64,000 bases of DNA from Tepidiformaceae bacterium (GTDB taxonomy: Bacteria; Chloroflexota; Dehalococcoidia; Tepidiformales; Tepidiformaceae): positions 8,163 through 72,162 of the forward strand of contig DAOKYT010000001.1 of assembly GCA_035326025.1 (NCBI GenBank), given 5' to 3'. A program made the translations under genes and the position numbers. Positions within the stretch are counted from its first letter, which is position 1; every line of letters begins with the position of its first letter. Below, piece by piece: positions 15,888 through 25,935 of this stretch. The notes beneath the pieces are model-generated. The model saw only the letters and a list, made by a program, of their open reading frames with translations, ran no database searches and was not told the DNA's origin.

Positions 15888-16001
15888 GGAGATCCTCCTG
15901 CGCCGGCTGGTGAGAAAGCCGGCGGGGCGAAGTTCCATGGTAGCAGGCCAGCCCCGGCCGCCGAACTACAGCCAAAATGCCAGCGGTGGTAGCGTGCCAC
16001 C

Positions 16002-16676
16002 ATGACCTTCGACGCCGTCATCGTCGCCGCCGGGTCGTCGACGCGCTTCGGCGGCGACGACAAGCTATCGGTCGAGCTCGGTGGCAGGCCGGTGCTCGCC
16101 TGGTCGCTCGCGCTGTTCGAATCGTTGCCGGAGCTGGGCTGTCTCGTGATCGCCGCCTCCCCGGAACGCCTCTCCGAAACGACAGCCATGGCCGAGACGT
16201 GGTGTGCGCGAGCATGCTTCCGCGTCGTGCCGGGCGGTGCCCGCCGGCGCGACAGCGTCGAGGCCGGCCTGCGGCAATGCACCACCCGCTATGTCGCCAT
16301 CCACGACGGCGCCAGGCCACTGGCCACGCCGGAGCTGGTGCGGCGCGTGGTCGCGGCTGCCGATGGCCGCCCGGGGGCCATCGCCGCCATCCCCGTGACG
16401 GACACGATCAAGGTGGTGCGGGCAGGGGTCATCACCGGCCACCCCGACCGTGCCACGCTCTGGGCCGCCCAGACACCCCAGGTCGTGCTCCGCACCGCAT
16501 GGCTCGATGCCGCCCGCATGAGCGATAACGACGAGACCGACGACGCGGCGATGCTCAGCCGCCTCGGACTCGAATGTACGGTCGCCGAAGGCAGCCCCGA
16601 GAACATCAAGATCACCCGGCCGCGGGACATCGAGGTCGCGGCGGCCATCCTTCGCGCTCGGGCGCATACACCATGA
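16002..16676 (+). CDS. ispD: 2-C-methyl-D-erythritol 4-phosphate cytidylyltransferase
   Basis: 224 aa. N-terminus AVIVAAGSSTRFGGDDK, then ..VAIHDGARP...VTDTIK. Confidence 0.9.
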   Translation: MTFDAVIVAAGSSTRFGGDDKLSVELGGRPVLAWSLALFESLPELGCLVIAASPERLSETTAMAETWCARACFRVVPGGARRRDSVEAGLRQCTTRYVAIHDGARPLATPELVRRVVAAADGRPGAIAAIPVTDTIKVVRAGVITGHPDRATLWAAQTPQVVLRTAWLDAARMSDNDETDDAAMLSRLGLECTVAEGSPENIKITRPRDIEVAAAILRARAHTP

Positions 16677-17146
16677 TGCGCGTCGGGATCGGCGAAGACC
16701 TCCACCGGGTCGATGCTGCCCGGACGCTGGTCCTCGGTGGCGTGATCATCGAGGAGGGCCCCGGGCTCAGCGGCCACAGCGATGCCGATGTCCTCCTTCA
16801 CGCTATCACCGATGCCGTGCTCGGCGCGGCGGCCCTCGGCGACATTGGGCACTACTTTCCACCGGACGACCCGCGCTATGCCCACGCGGATAGTGCCGAC
16901 TTCCTCCGCAAGGCGCTGGAGCTGGCCCGGCAGGCCGGCTGGCAGATCGCGAACATTGACGCAACGGTCCGCGCGGAGCGCCCCAAGCTCGCGCCCTACA
17001 TCGGGCACATCCGGGAGCGAATCGCGGAAATCGCCGCCATCGAGCCTGGCCAGGTGAGCGTGAAGGCGAAGACGGGCGAAGGCCTCGGCGCGGTTGGCCG
17101 CGGCGAGGCCATGGCCGCTTCCGCCGCCGTGCTGCTTGAGCGCTGA
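16673..17146 (+). CDS. ispF: 2-C-methyl-D-erythritol 2,4-cyclodiphosphate synthase
   Basis: Starts MMRVGIGEDLHR in an ATGA overlap with the ispD stop. Contains HSDADVLLHAITDAVLGAAALGDIG. Confidence 0.92.
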   Translation: MMRVGIGEDLHRVDAARTLVLGGVIIEEGPGLSGHSDADVLLHAITDAVLGAAALGDIGHYFPPDDPRYAHADSADFLRKALELARQAGWQIANIDATVRAERPKLAPYIGHIRERIAEIAAIEPGQVSVKAKTGEGLGAVGRGEAMAASAAVLLER

Positions 17147-17473
17147 ACCGGTCGCACGCTTGCCCCGTTCGGCAGGCGGGCATGCCGTTGACCTCCAGGG
17201 GCTCCAGGTGGCCCCGATGGGCGAGCGCTCGCGCCGCCGGGTGAGTCCCTCGATATGGTGCGGCCCCACTGTATTCCGGAAGACCACGGCCGGCGCGGTG
17301 GCGGGGGCCACAAGGCCACCGGCGACGGCCACGGCGCCGATGAGCAATCCTCCGCCGCGCTCGGGCACAACCAGTCATGCCACGCCCACACGCCACCACG
17401 CCGGGGCCGGCCCGGGCGGGGAAATGGTTCAGATACCTACGCCGTAGCGCCACGGGCGGCTACCCTCAGTCCC

Positions 17474-18067
17474 GTGCCGAAGCGCATCATGGATGTTGCT
17501 CTCACCCTGCTGACGGCCCCTGTCTGGGTCGTGGTGATGGTCATCGCCGCCGCGGCCCTCGCGATCGACCTGCGCGGCAATCCCTTCTTCCTGCAGCAGC
17601 GGGTCGGACTCCATGGCCGGCCCTTCACCATGGTGAAGCTTCGCACCATGCGCCACCCTCGCCCGGGCGAAGAGGAGCGCTACCAGGTCCACGACTTTAA
17701 GACGTTTGTGTTTGCCCCCCCGGACCGGCCCAATCCGCGCATCACGCGTGTGGGCGCCATCGCCCGAAAGACGTCGATCGATGAGCTGCCGAACCTGTTC
17801 AACGTGCTCAAGGGTGAGATGTCGCTCGTCGGTCCCCGCCCGGAAATTCCGGAGATCGTCAGCCAGTACCCCCCGGAATACCACCGCCGTCACGATGTCC
17901 TGCCCGGCATCGCGGGCCTCGCCCAGGCCAACGGCCGCTCGGATTTGACCTATGACGAAACAGTTACTTACGATCTCCGCTACGTGGACAACCACTCGGT
18001 GCTGACCGACCTCAGCATTCTCATTCGCACCCTTCTTCGCGCGATCCAGGGGAGCGGCGCGCGATGA
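17474..18067 (+). CDS. small bacterial sugar (phosphoglycosyl) transferase, PglC/WbaP-C-terminal type
   Basis: Conserved core ..PFFLQQRVGLHGRPFTMVKLRTM..DELPNLFNVLKGEMSLVGPRP, with one N-terminal hydrophobic helix. The start is uncertain (GTG 17474 or ATG 17489); the upstream part of the ORF-track frame looks non-coding. Confidence 0.8.
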   Translation: MPKRIMDVALTLLTAPVWVVVMVIAAAALAIDLRGNPFFLQQRVGLHGRPFTMVKLRTMRHPRPGEEERYQVHDFKTFVFAPPDRPNPRITRVGAIARKTSIDELPNLFNVLKGEMSLVGPRPEIPEIVSQYPPEYHRRHDVLPGIAGLAQANGRSDLTYDETVTYDLRYVDNHSVLTDLSILIRTLLRAIQGSGAR

Positions 18068-19977
18068 CCGATCGGCACCCGTCGCTCGCAGGCAGGCTCT
18101 TCAGCGGCGATAACGTGGCGACCGCGGGCGCCATGGTGCTCGACGTGATGGTGATCGCGCTGGCCTATGCGGCCGCGCTCCTCCTGCGCTTCGATGCCGA
18201 TGTCCCCCAGCGCAACCTGGAGTTCACCCTGCTGGTCTTCCCGGTGCTCGCGTTCGTGTACATCGCCGCGAACGTTGTGTTCGGTGTCTACCGGACGATC
18301 TGGACCTACGGCAGCCTCGGCGACATCCTCAATCTGTTCCTCCCCATCCTCGCCGCCACGGCAGTGATCTTCGGCGTCAACTTCTGGGTGCGTGAGCGCG
18401 ACCTGCCGCTCTCGGTCATCCTCATCGCCGGCGAACTCATCTTCCCGGGTATGGCATTCGTCAAGATGCGGAGCCGCCTGCTCACGCGCTTGCCCCGGGT
18501 GGCCGTGGCGTCGCAGCGGTTGCTCATCATCGGCGCTGGCCATACCGGCCAGGCACTGGTTCGCGAACTGCAGAACAGCCCCGGCCTGAACTACCAGCCC
18601 ATCGGGTACCTCGACGACGATCCCCGGAAGCTCAACCGCCGCATGCACGGCCTTCGCGTGCTCGGCACGGTCTCCGACCTCGAACTGCAAATACCAGAGC
18701 ACTCCGTCGATGCCGTCGCCATCGCCATCCCCCGCGCCTCCGGCAAGACCATCCGCTCGATCGTCGCCACCTGCCAGTCGGCTGGCGTACCCGTGCGCAT
18801 TGTCCCGGGTGTCGAACGTTGGCTGGCCAGCGGCCACACCAACGCCCTGCGCGATATCACGCTCGATGACCTCCTTGGGCGCGAGCCCGTGGAGATCGAC
18901 TTCGCGGCCTGCAGCCAGTCGGTGAAGGACCGCGTCGTCCTCGTTACCGGGGCCGCGGGCTCGATCGGGTCGGAGCTTTGCCGGCAGGTCGCCACCTTCC
19001 AGCCCATGGAACTCCACCTGCTCGACAACAACGAGAGCGGGCTGTTCGATCTCGCGGCCGAGCTGGCGGGGGTCTCGCCCCAGACCACCATCAAGCTCTG
19101 GCCCGCCTCCGTCATCGACGCGGCGAAGATCGACCGGGTCTTCAACCAGGTGCGCCCCCACCTCGTCTATCACGCCGCGGCCTATAAGCACGTGCCCATG
19201 CTCGAATCCAACCCGGACGAGGCGTTCCGGGCCAATGTCCTGGGGACGCTCCACGTCGCCAGCGCCGCCCGGAAATACCAGGCGGGCACGTTTGTCCTCA
19301 TCTCCACCGATAAGGCCGTCCGGCCAACCAGCATCATGGGTGCCACCAAGCGCATCGCCGAACTGCTCGTGCTCGCACTCGCCCGCGAGAGCGAGCGCAC
19401 CCGCTTCGTCGCCGTCCGTTTTGGCAACGTCATGGGCAGCCGCGGCTCGGCACCGCTCACGTTCCTCAAGCAAATCGAGCGCGGCGGCCCGGTCACCATC
19501 ACCCACCCGGACATGATGCGCTACTTCATCAGCATCCCCGAGGCTGTCAGCCTGGTCATCCAGGCTGGCACCTTCGGAGGCAGTGGAAACATCTACATGC
19601 TGGATATGGGCCAGGAGATCAACATGCTCGAGCTGGCCGAGCGGATGATTCGCCTGCGCGGCCTGCGCCCCGGCGATGACATCGAAGTGGTCTTTACCGG
19701 CCCCCGGCCCGGCGAAAAGCTGCGCGAAGAGCTCGTCGCTGATTTCGAAAACGTTGACCCCACCGACCACCCGAAGGTGATGCGCCTCACCGCCTCCACC
19801 GAGATCTCCGAGGCCGAGATCCTCCGCCTGATCCGCGAAGTAGAGGCCGTGCTGCGCGGCGACCCCGAGGAGCTCCGGCGCCGCATCCACCTCGTTGCAC
19901 GCAAGTTCTCGAACGACGCGCTCGACACTCTCGATGACAGCACCCACGACCACGCCGGAGAGCCAGCCACCCCATGA
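18064..19977 (+). CDS. membrane-anchored nucleotide-sugar 4,6-dehydratase (PglF/CapD/WbpM family)
   Basis: 637 aa. N-terminal TM helices, then two Rossmann motifs ([23 protein letters not shown]) and YKHVP. ATGA overlap with the upstream gene. Confidence 0.85.
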   Translation: MTDRHPSLAGRLFSGDNVATAGAMVLDVMVIALAYAAALLLRFDADVPQRNLEFTLLVFPVLAFVYIAANVVFGVYRTIWTYGSLGDILNLFLPILAATAVIFGVNFWVRERDLPLSVILIAGELIFPGMAFVKMRSRLLTRLPRVAVASQRLLIIGAGHTGQALVRELQNSPGLNYQPIGYLDDDPRKLNRRMHGLRVLGTVSDLELQIPEHSVDAVAIAIPRASGKTIRSIVATCQSAGVPVRIVPGVERWLASGHTNALRDITLDDLLGREPVEIDFAACSQSVKDRVVLVTGAAGSIGSELCRQVATFQPMELHLLDNNESGLFDLAAELAGVSPQTTIKLWPASVIDAAKIDRVFNQVRPHLVYHAAAYKHVPMLESNPDEAFRANVLGTLHVASAARKYQAGTFVLISTDKAVRPTSIMGATKRIAELLVLALARESERTRFVAVRFGNVMGSRGSAPLTFLKQIERGGPVTITHPDMMRYFISIPEAVSLVIQAGTFGGSGNIYMLDMGQEINMLELAERMIRLRGLRPGDDIEVVFTGPRPGEKLREELVADFENVDPTDHPKVMRLTASTEISEAEILRLIREVEAVLRGDPEELRRRIHLVARKFSNDALDTLDDSTHDHAGEPATP

Positions 19978-20561
19978 CGAACTTCCGCGCGCATCCCACC
20001 GCAGAGGTCAGCGGCCAGGCGTCCATCGGTGAAGGAGCCAGCATCTGGCACCATGCCCAGGTCCGCGAGCGGGCCACCGTCGGGCCGGGCTGCATCATCG
20101 GCAAGGGCGTGTACATTGGCGCCGATGTCTCCCTGGGCGCCAACTGCAAGGTCCAGAACTACTCCTGCGTCTACGAAGGCAACACCCTCGAGGACGGGGT
20201 CTTCGTTGGCCCGGAGGTCGTGTTCACCAACGACCGGTACCCGCGCGCCATCAACCCCGATGGCACACTGAAGGCCGCCAGCGATTGGGAGCTCCAGGGG
20301 TCGGTCGCCAGGTTCGGCGCGGCCATCGGCTCCCGCTCGGTGATCCTGCCCGGGCTCACCATTGGCCGCTGGGCGCTCGTCGCCGCCGGCTCCGTGGTCA
20401 CCAGGGACGTACCCGATCACGCCCTGATCGCCGGGAACCCGGCGCGGCAGCGCGGCTGGGCCTGCATGTGCGCCCGCCCCCTATCCGCTGAATTGACCTG
20501 TCCCGAATGTGGCCGGCGGTACCAGCGCACAGCGGCCGGCCTTGTTACCCTCGAAGCCTAG
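19974..20561 (+). CDS. hexapeptide-repeat (left-handed beta-helix) sugar N-acetyltransferase
   Basis: 195 aa. Contains [69 protein letters not shown] (WlbB/QdtC-like) and a C-terminal CxxC..CxxC-like segment. Start overlaps the upstream stop. Confidence 0.8.
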   Translation: MTNFRAHPTAEVSGQASIGEGASIWHHAQVRERATVGPGCIIGKGVYIGADVSLGANCKVQNYSCVYEGNTLEDGVFVGPEVVFTNDRYPRAINPDGTLKAASDWELQGSVARFGAAIGSRSVILPGLTIGRWALVAAGSVVTRDVPDHALIAGNPARQRGWACMCARPLSAELTCPECGRRYQRTAAGLVTLEA

Positions 20562-20583
20562 CGCCCCCGCCCAGGAGACCCGC

Positions 20584-21678
20584 ATGACCACCGTCGATCG
20601 TCCGTTCATCCCGGTCGCCAGGCCGCTCATCGGCGAAGCCGAAAAGCGCGCCGTGATGAAGGTCCTCGATAGCGGACAGCTCGCCATGGGCAGCCGCACG
20701 GAAGCCTTCGAGCGCGCCTTCGCCGAATACATCGGCGCGAAGCACGCCATCGGCGTCAACAGCGGCACCGCGGCCCTCATCGTCGCGCTCCAGGCCCACG
20801 GGGTCCGTCCCGGCGACGAGGTGATTACCACCCCTTTCAGCTTCATCGCCACCGCGACGAGCATCATCGCCTGCGGCGCAACCCCGGTCTTCGTCGACAT
20901 CGACCCGTTCGACCTGAACCTCGACCCGGACCAGGTCGAGGATGCCATCACCGATCGCACCAGGGCCGTCATGCCGGTCCATCTCTACGGCCACCCCGCA
21001 CGTATCGAAGAGATCCGCGAGCTCTGTGAAGACAATGGCCTTGCGCTGGTGGAGGACGCCGCCCAGGCCCACGGGGCCGAGCACGCCGGCCGGCGCGTGG
21101 GCACCTTCGGCACCGGCTGCTTCAGCTTCTACCCCACGAAGAACATGACCACCGGCGAGGGCGGCATCATCACCACGAACGACGACGAAGTCGCCCGCCT
21201 CTGCCGCATCATTCGCAGCCACGGCCAGGAAGTCCGCTACAAACACGACTACTTCGGCCTGAACTGGCGCATGCAGGACCTCAACGCCGCCATCGGCCTC
21301 GTCCAGATGGACCACATCGAAGACTGGAACCGCGCGCGCATCGCCAACGCCGAAAAGCTGGCCAACCTCATCCGCGCCGTTGAGACGCCCCGCGTACGGC
21401 CCGGCGATCGGCACGTGTTCCACCAGTTCACCGTCCGCATCCCGCGAGACCGCGATGGCGTGCAGCAACGCCTGCGGGAGGCGGGCATCGGCAGCGCCGT
21501 CCACTACCCGATCCCGATCCACCACCAGCCAATCATGCGTGAGCTGGGCTTCGGAGAGGGCGCCTTCCCGGTGGCCGAGGCCGCCGCTGAACAGGTGCTT
21601 TCCCTCCCGGTCCACCCCTCGCTCGGGCCGGAGGACGTCGAATACATCGCCTCCACCCTGAACAGCATCTGCGGCTGA
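20584..21678 (+). CDS. DegT/DnrJ/EryC1/StrS-family sugar aminotransferase
   Basis: Starts MTTVDRPFIPVARPLIGEAEKRAVMKVLDSGQL and contains ..FSFYPTKNMTTGEGG (PLP lysine region). Start trimmed from ORF-track 20509. Confidence 0.88.
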   Translation: MTTVDRPFIPVARPLIGEAEKRAVMKVLDSGQLAMGSRTEAFERAFAEYIGAKHAIGVNSGTAALIVALQAHGVRPGDEVITTPFSFIATATSIIACGATPVFVDIDPFDLNLDPDQVEDAITDRTRAVMPVHLYGHPARIEEIRELCEDNGLALVEDAAQAHGAEHAGRRVGTFGTGCFSFYPTKNMTTGEGGIITTNDDEVARLCRIIRSHGQEVRYKHDYFGLNWRMQDLNAAIGLVQMDHIEDWNRARIANAEKLANLIRAVETPRVRPGDRHVFHQFTVRIPRDRDGVQQRLREAGIGSAVHYPIPIHHQPIMRELGFGEGAFPVAEAAAEQVLSLPVHPSLGPEDVEYIASTLNSICG

Positions 21679-21685
21679 GGCGGGT

Positions 21686-22177
21686 CTACTCGGCCTTCTG
21701 GCTGGCCTGGAACTCCCGGTCGGCCCGTTTCCCGCGGTAAACGCGCATGTCGATCGCGCGGGTGACCTCCGGGTCAAGCCGGAAGAGGAGGCGGGGCTCC
21801 GTCTGCATATTCGCGAAAAACGCATCGACGGCCCCCGCGTTTGCCGGGTCGCCCCGCCCGACGTACTTCTCGGCCAGCTCCCGAGAGATGGGCCAGATGT
21901 CGTAGCCAGGCGATTCGAACGGCGTGCAGCGGCCGTCGAACTCGGCATGCCCGGTGAGGGGCGGGCCTGATTCGATGCAGAGCGATGCGCGCGGGTCGTG
22001 CAGGAGTTGCTTGCACCACACGCGGTTGTACGTCCCGGTGATCCAGATGCCATCGGGCTTCCAGAGCCACCAGACCGGCACGGTGTAGGGCATCCCATCG
22101 CGCCGCAGGGTGGCGATCACCCCGACGGTCGGCATCCGGAGGAATTCCTCCAGGACATCAGGCTTCATCCTCGGCAT
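21686..22177 (-). CDS. pyridoxamine 5'-phosphate oxidase-family (F420/FMN-binding split-barrel) protein
   Basis: Contains ..VGVIATLRRDGMPYTVPVWWLWKPDGIWITG... Start chosen at ATG 22177 (GGAG 7 nt upstream); 22168 is an alternative. Overlaps the upstream GNAT stop. Confidence 0.65.
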   Translation of the reverse strand: MPRMKPDVLEEFLRMPTVGVIATLRRDGMPYTVPVWWLWKPDGIWITGTYNRVWCKQLLHDPRASLCIESGPPLTGHAEFDGRCTPFESPGYDIWPISRELAEKYVGRGDPANAGAVDAFFANMQTEPRLLFRLDPEVTRAIDMRVYRGKRADREFQASQKAE

Positions 22178-22760
22178 CAGCGGACTCCAGGGCAGGCTCG
22201 GGCTCCTCGCCAGCATCTCCCGCCACCGTCTCGGCCGGCGGCTCGCGCAGGATCCCCATGTAGACCAGGTCATCGTACCTGCCATCGAGCCAGATGTGCC
22301 TCCTCAGGCGCCCCTCCTCCACGAACCCGGCCGCCGCGAATGCCTTTTGCGCCCGGATGTTGCTCCCGTTCGTGGTCAGCCACACCTTCTCCATGTTCCG
22401 GAGCCGGAAGGCGTACTTCACCAGCAGCTTCACCACGTCGCGGCCGTATCCGTGCCCGAGGTAGTCGCGGTCCCCGATGGTGAGCCCGAGTTCACACGTG
22501 CGGGCGGCATAGTCGAAGTTGTGCAACAGGCACTGGCCGATGAACTTGCCGCCCTGCACCTCGATGGCGAACCATGCCACTTCGCTTCGGGGGCGCTGGA
22601 GGTGCGCTTCGAACGTGGCCACGAGCCGCTCGTATTCCATCGGCATCGGCGGCTCACCGCTCGAAAGCAACTCGAGCTCCACGTCGTTCCGGTACTCGAA
22701 GTATTTCTCCAGGTACTCACGGCGCATCGGCCGCAAGATAACCTTGTCGCCCTTGAGCAT
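22158..22760 (-). CDS. GNAT-family N-acetyltransferase (RimJ/RimL-like)
   Basis: 200 aa. Contains ..FAIEVQGGKFIGQCLLHNFD..CELGLTIGDRDYLGHGYGRDVVKLLVKYAF..NIRAQKAFAAAGFVEEG. Confidence 0.8.
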   Translation of the reverse strand: MLKGDKVILRPMRREYLEKYFEYRNDVELELLSSGEPPMPMEYERLVATFEAHLQRPRSEVAWFAIEVQGGKFIGQCLLHNFDYAARTCELGLTIGDRDYLGHGYGRDVVKLLVKYAFRLRNMEKVWLTTNGSNIRAQKAFAAAGFVEEGRLRRHIWLDGRYDDLVYMGILREPPAETVAGDAGEEPEPALESADAEDEA

Positions 22761-22872
22761 GCTCCCTGCCTCCCGGTCGTCTCCCGGGTCTCCGCTCCCC
22801 CAGTGGGAGTGTCGGCTGCCAGGGCCGATGCCGCCAGCCCGAAGAGCGGCGCCAAGCTACGATTTGGACGCC

Positions 22873-24045
22873 ATGCCAGCACACACCACCCTTCCCCCGG
22901 GCCGCCTGCGCGCCGACATCTTCCGCGCGGGGCGAGCCGATTTCCGTTTCCGGCTGCTGGTCTGGTTTTCGGCGGTCATCGCCACCCTCGGCCTGATCGC
23001 CGACTCAACCGCCGTGGTGATTGGCGCGATGCTGGTGGCGCCGCTCCTGGGGCCAATCATGGCCATCGGCGAGGCGAGCCTCGGCGGGCGGACGCGCCAG
23101 GGGATCGCCGCCTTGCTCGCCCTGGGCGAAGGGACGCTCACCGCGATCGTTATCTCGTTCGTCCTGGCCCACGCGGCCATGCTCTCCTCGTTCGATGTCC
23201 TCGAGTCGTTGCCCGGCGAGGTCCAGGCGCGAACTCGCCCGAACCCGCTGGACCTCGGCATCGCGCTTGCCGGCGGCGCGATCGGCGCCTATGCCGTGGC
23301 CCGCTTGCGCGATACCGCGGCGCTCCCCGGGGTCGCCATTGCCACCGCCCTCATGCCCCCGCTGTGCACGGTTGGGATCGGGCTTGCGATTGAAGACCGG
23401 GGGGTGTGGGGCGGCGCGTTTCTGCTCTTCGGCACCAACCTCGCCGCCATCGTCTTCACGGCCGGGATGGTCTTCTGGTCATTGGGCCTGGGGCCACACA
23501 GGCATCGGCGGAACGGATATCCCGTCCAGCAGTTCGTCCTCGGTGTCATCCCCATCGCCCTCCTTGGCTTCACACTCCTCGGGCTTACGGCTCGCGCGGT
23601 CGGTGAAGCGCGCGAGGCGGAGTCGCTCTGGGATGCCTCCAACGCCGCCCTCGCCAGCGTGCTTCCCGGCAGCGAGGTGACCGACCTTCAACGCTCGAAT
23701 GGGCCCGACGGTGCAACGAACCTGCGCCTCACGGTTCGCACCCCGCTCGATCCAACGCTCGGCGACGCGGAGGCGCTCCAGGCCCTCATCGCCCAGCGCA
23801 CACAGAAGAAGATCGCCCTGGTGCTCGTCAGCGTGCCCGCCATCGTCCTCGACCCGTTGAATCCGCCCGCCCGCAACGCCACGGTGGCCGTGCCAACCCG
23901 TGCAGCCACCGTCGAGGCGACCTTGACGAGCATCCCGGCAGCTTCGCCAACCCCAACGCCCACGGCGACGGCCACCCCGTCTCCCGTTCCAACACCGCCC
24001 CCGACTTCGGCCCCGCCCGCGGCCGGCAACTCGCCCACGGAGTGA
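22873..24045 (+). CDS. DUF389-like multi-pass membrane protein with Pro/Thr-rich tail
   Basis: Start trimmed to ATG 22873 (MPAHTTLPPGRL..). Contains ADSTAVVIGAMLVAPLLGPIMAIG and PGVAIATALMPPLCTVGIGL. The C-terminus reads ASPTPTPTATATPSPVPTPPPTSAPP. Confidence 0.65.
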   Translation: MPAHTTLPPGRLRADIFRAGRADFRFRLLVWFSAVIATLGLIADSTAVVIGAMLVAPLLGPIMAIGEASLGGRTRQGIAALLALGEGTLTAIVISFVLAHAAMLSSFDVLESLPGEVQARTRPNPLDLGIALAGGAIGAYAVARLRDTAALPGVAIATALMPPLCTVGIGLAIEDRGVWGGAFLLFGTNLAAIVFTAGMVFWSLGLGPHRHRRNGYPVQQFVLGVIPIALLGFTLLGLTARAVGEAREAESLWDASNAALASVLPGSEVTDLQRSNGPDGATNLRLTVRTPLDPTLGDAEALQALIAQRTQKKIALVLVSVPAIVLDPLNPPARNATVAVPTRAATVEATLTSIPAASPTPTPTATATPSPVPTPPPTSAPPAAGNSPTE

Positions 24046-24049
24046 CCGG

Positions 24050-25054
24050 TCAGCGCGCTGCGCCGCTCGCCGTGCCAACGAGCTCGTAGCGCGGCGGCTC
24101 CACCCATTCAGCGGTCGGCGGGTTCTCCTGCATCCGGATTTCCGCCCGCCGCTTCTCGGCCTCGTACTTCTTCGCCAGCTTGATGACCAGCTCGCGTTGC
24201 CGCGCGTGTTCGACATCGCGCTGTATCGCGGCGGCGCTCCGTGGCCTGCGGGGCTTGCCCGGGTAGACCTTGATGCGCCCCTCGGCCGCGAGTTGCTTGA
24301 GGTGGGAGCGCACGTTGTTGTCCGCGGCGCGCCGAAGCCGCCTGTCGATGTCCGGGTAAAGCTGCAGCATGATGTCCCAGCTGCTGATCGCGCCGCCGCC
24401 ATCGAGCACCTGCAGGATCTGGCGCTCCCGCATGTCCCGGTGCTTCACGTACATTTCCAGCCGCTCGCGGGGGTCGTTCACGATCTTTCCGTGCCCCGGG
24501 CAGATGACCTTCAGGTTGGGGAGCTCCAGCAACCGCTTCAACGACTGCCGGTACAGCCCCAGGTCCCACACCGTCGTGGTCGATGAGCCAAGGAGCGTGT
24601 CGCCGGTGAAGAGCACGCCCTCCGCCTCGATGTAAAAGCAGAGCGAATCGACGCTGTGCCCGGGCGTCCCCAGCACCTGCACCCGCACGCCGCCATCGAG
24701 GTCGATGACATCGCCATCCTTCAGCGTGTCGACCTTTGCCGGGATGCGCCCCTTCAGCAGCGCCCGCCCGTTCGACGGGATGGCGACATCGGCCTTGAGG
24801 AACTCCTTCGCCCACTTGAGGTTCCCGGAGTGGTCGGAGTGGTGGTGGGTGATGGTGGCGATCGCGATCTCTGCCTTTTCTACCGCCGCCAGGTAGCCGC
24901 GCAGGAACCACTGGTACCGGTCGATCGCCTCGCCCGAGTCTATGGTGAGCGACTGATGGCCCTCGGCCCCCACCAGGTAGATGCAGGTGAAGTCGGGGTG
25001 CATCGGGTTCTCATCGGGCACGAGCGCCGCGCGGACAGAAGGGGAGATTCGCAT
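24050..25054 (-). CDS. MBL-fold metallo-hydrolase with C-terminal helical extension
   Basis: 334 aa. Contains the HxHxDH motif ITHHHSDHSGN, GTPGHSVDS, GDTLL and CPGHG. Confidence 0.85.
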   Translation of the reverse strand: MRISPSVRAALVPDENPMHPDFTCIYLVGAEGHQSLTIDSGEAIDRYQWFLRGYLAAVEKAEIAIATITHHHSDHSGNLKWAKEFLKADVAIPSNGRALLKGRIPAKVDTLKDGDVIDLDGGVRVQVLGTPGHSVDSLCFYIEAEGVLFTGDTLLGSSTTTVWDLGLYRQSLKRLLELPNLKVICPGHGKIVNDPRERLEMYVKHRDMRERQILQVLDGGGAISSWDIMLQLYPDIDRRLRRAADNNVRSHLKQLAAEGRIKVYPGKPRRPRSAAAIQRDVEHARQRELVIKLAKKYEAEKRRAEIRMQENPPTAEWVEPPRYELVGTASGAAR

Positions 25055-25133
25055 GCCCGGAGTCTACGCCGGGCGGGCGGGGGTGTCAGGCCAATTCTCC
25101 GAGCCGAAAGCTGGCGGGGAGCGATGCACGTGC

Positions 25134-25209
25134 TGGCGCCCCCGGCAGGATTCGAACCTGCGGCCAGACGCTTAGAAGGCGCCTGCTCTATCCCCTGAGC
25201 TACGGGGGC
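25134..25209 (-). tRNA. tRNA-Arg (anticodon TCT), CCA encoded
   Basis: The reverse complement GCCCCCGTAGCTCAGGGGATAGAGCAGGCGCCTTCTAAGCGTCTGGCCGCAGGTTCGAATCCTGCCGGGGGCGCCA folds as a cloverleaf. It has a 7-bp acceptor stem, anticodon loop CTTCTAA and T-loop GGTTCGAATCC. Confidence 0.9.
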
Positions 25210-25935
25210 GTGGACCCCATTGTATCGCGCGCAACTGTTCGCCCCCGAATACGCTCCCGTCCATGCGCCCGTCGCGTCTCCCACATCTCACCCCGGAGCG
25301 GCTATCGTTGGGCGGCAAGGCAATCCGGGGGACAAGGTGGGGGACCGCGGACATGGCCGCCACCGGGCCCGAGCACCTCCACATTGATAGCGCAACGCTG
25401 GAGGCGGAATTCGCGCGGGACAAACGCAATGCTGGCGATGGCACCCCGAAGAGCGCGCGGGTCGCCCTCGCGCGCCATGGCAGGCTCGCCGGCGTTCGCA
25501 CCTGGACCGCAAGCCCGGCATCCCGGTTGGCCGCCGCGCTGGTGGCGACTGCGACGGCGCGCTCCGCGGTCGCGGGATCACGGCCGCCAGCAGCCTCGCA
25601 GCCGCTGCCTCGACTGACCTCGGGTTTCATCTATCCGTCTATTCAAAACGTATTGTGATACGGACGGCGCTTCCGCGTACCGCGGGCCCATCGCGCAGGT
25701 TCGAGGTGGCCGCGGCTCCGCCGATGCGCTCCTTCCGGTCAACCGGTCCCGTCATATTGGGACGGTAGACCGCATGGCATGACGCTCACGGGGGGTAGTG
25801 TGACGGCATCAAGACAGTTGTGGGGGAAACAATAGAGATACGAACAGCGAGAGGGCCCGGCACTAGCCACGAGCCTGGCCGCCAAACCGGGATCAACCGG
25901 CAATCGAAACCACAGAACACTTCCGGAGGAAGTAC

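Noticed and set aside
25172-25630. 152-aa minus-strand ORF.
   Set aside because: It overlaps the tRNA-Arg gene, and its sequence is low-complexity.
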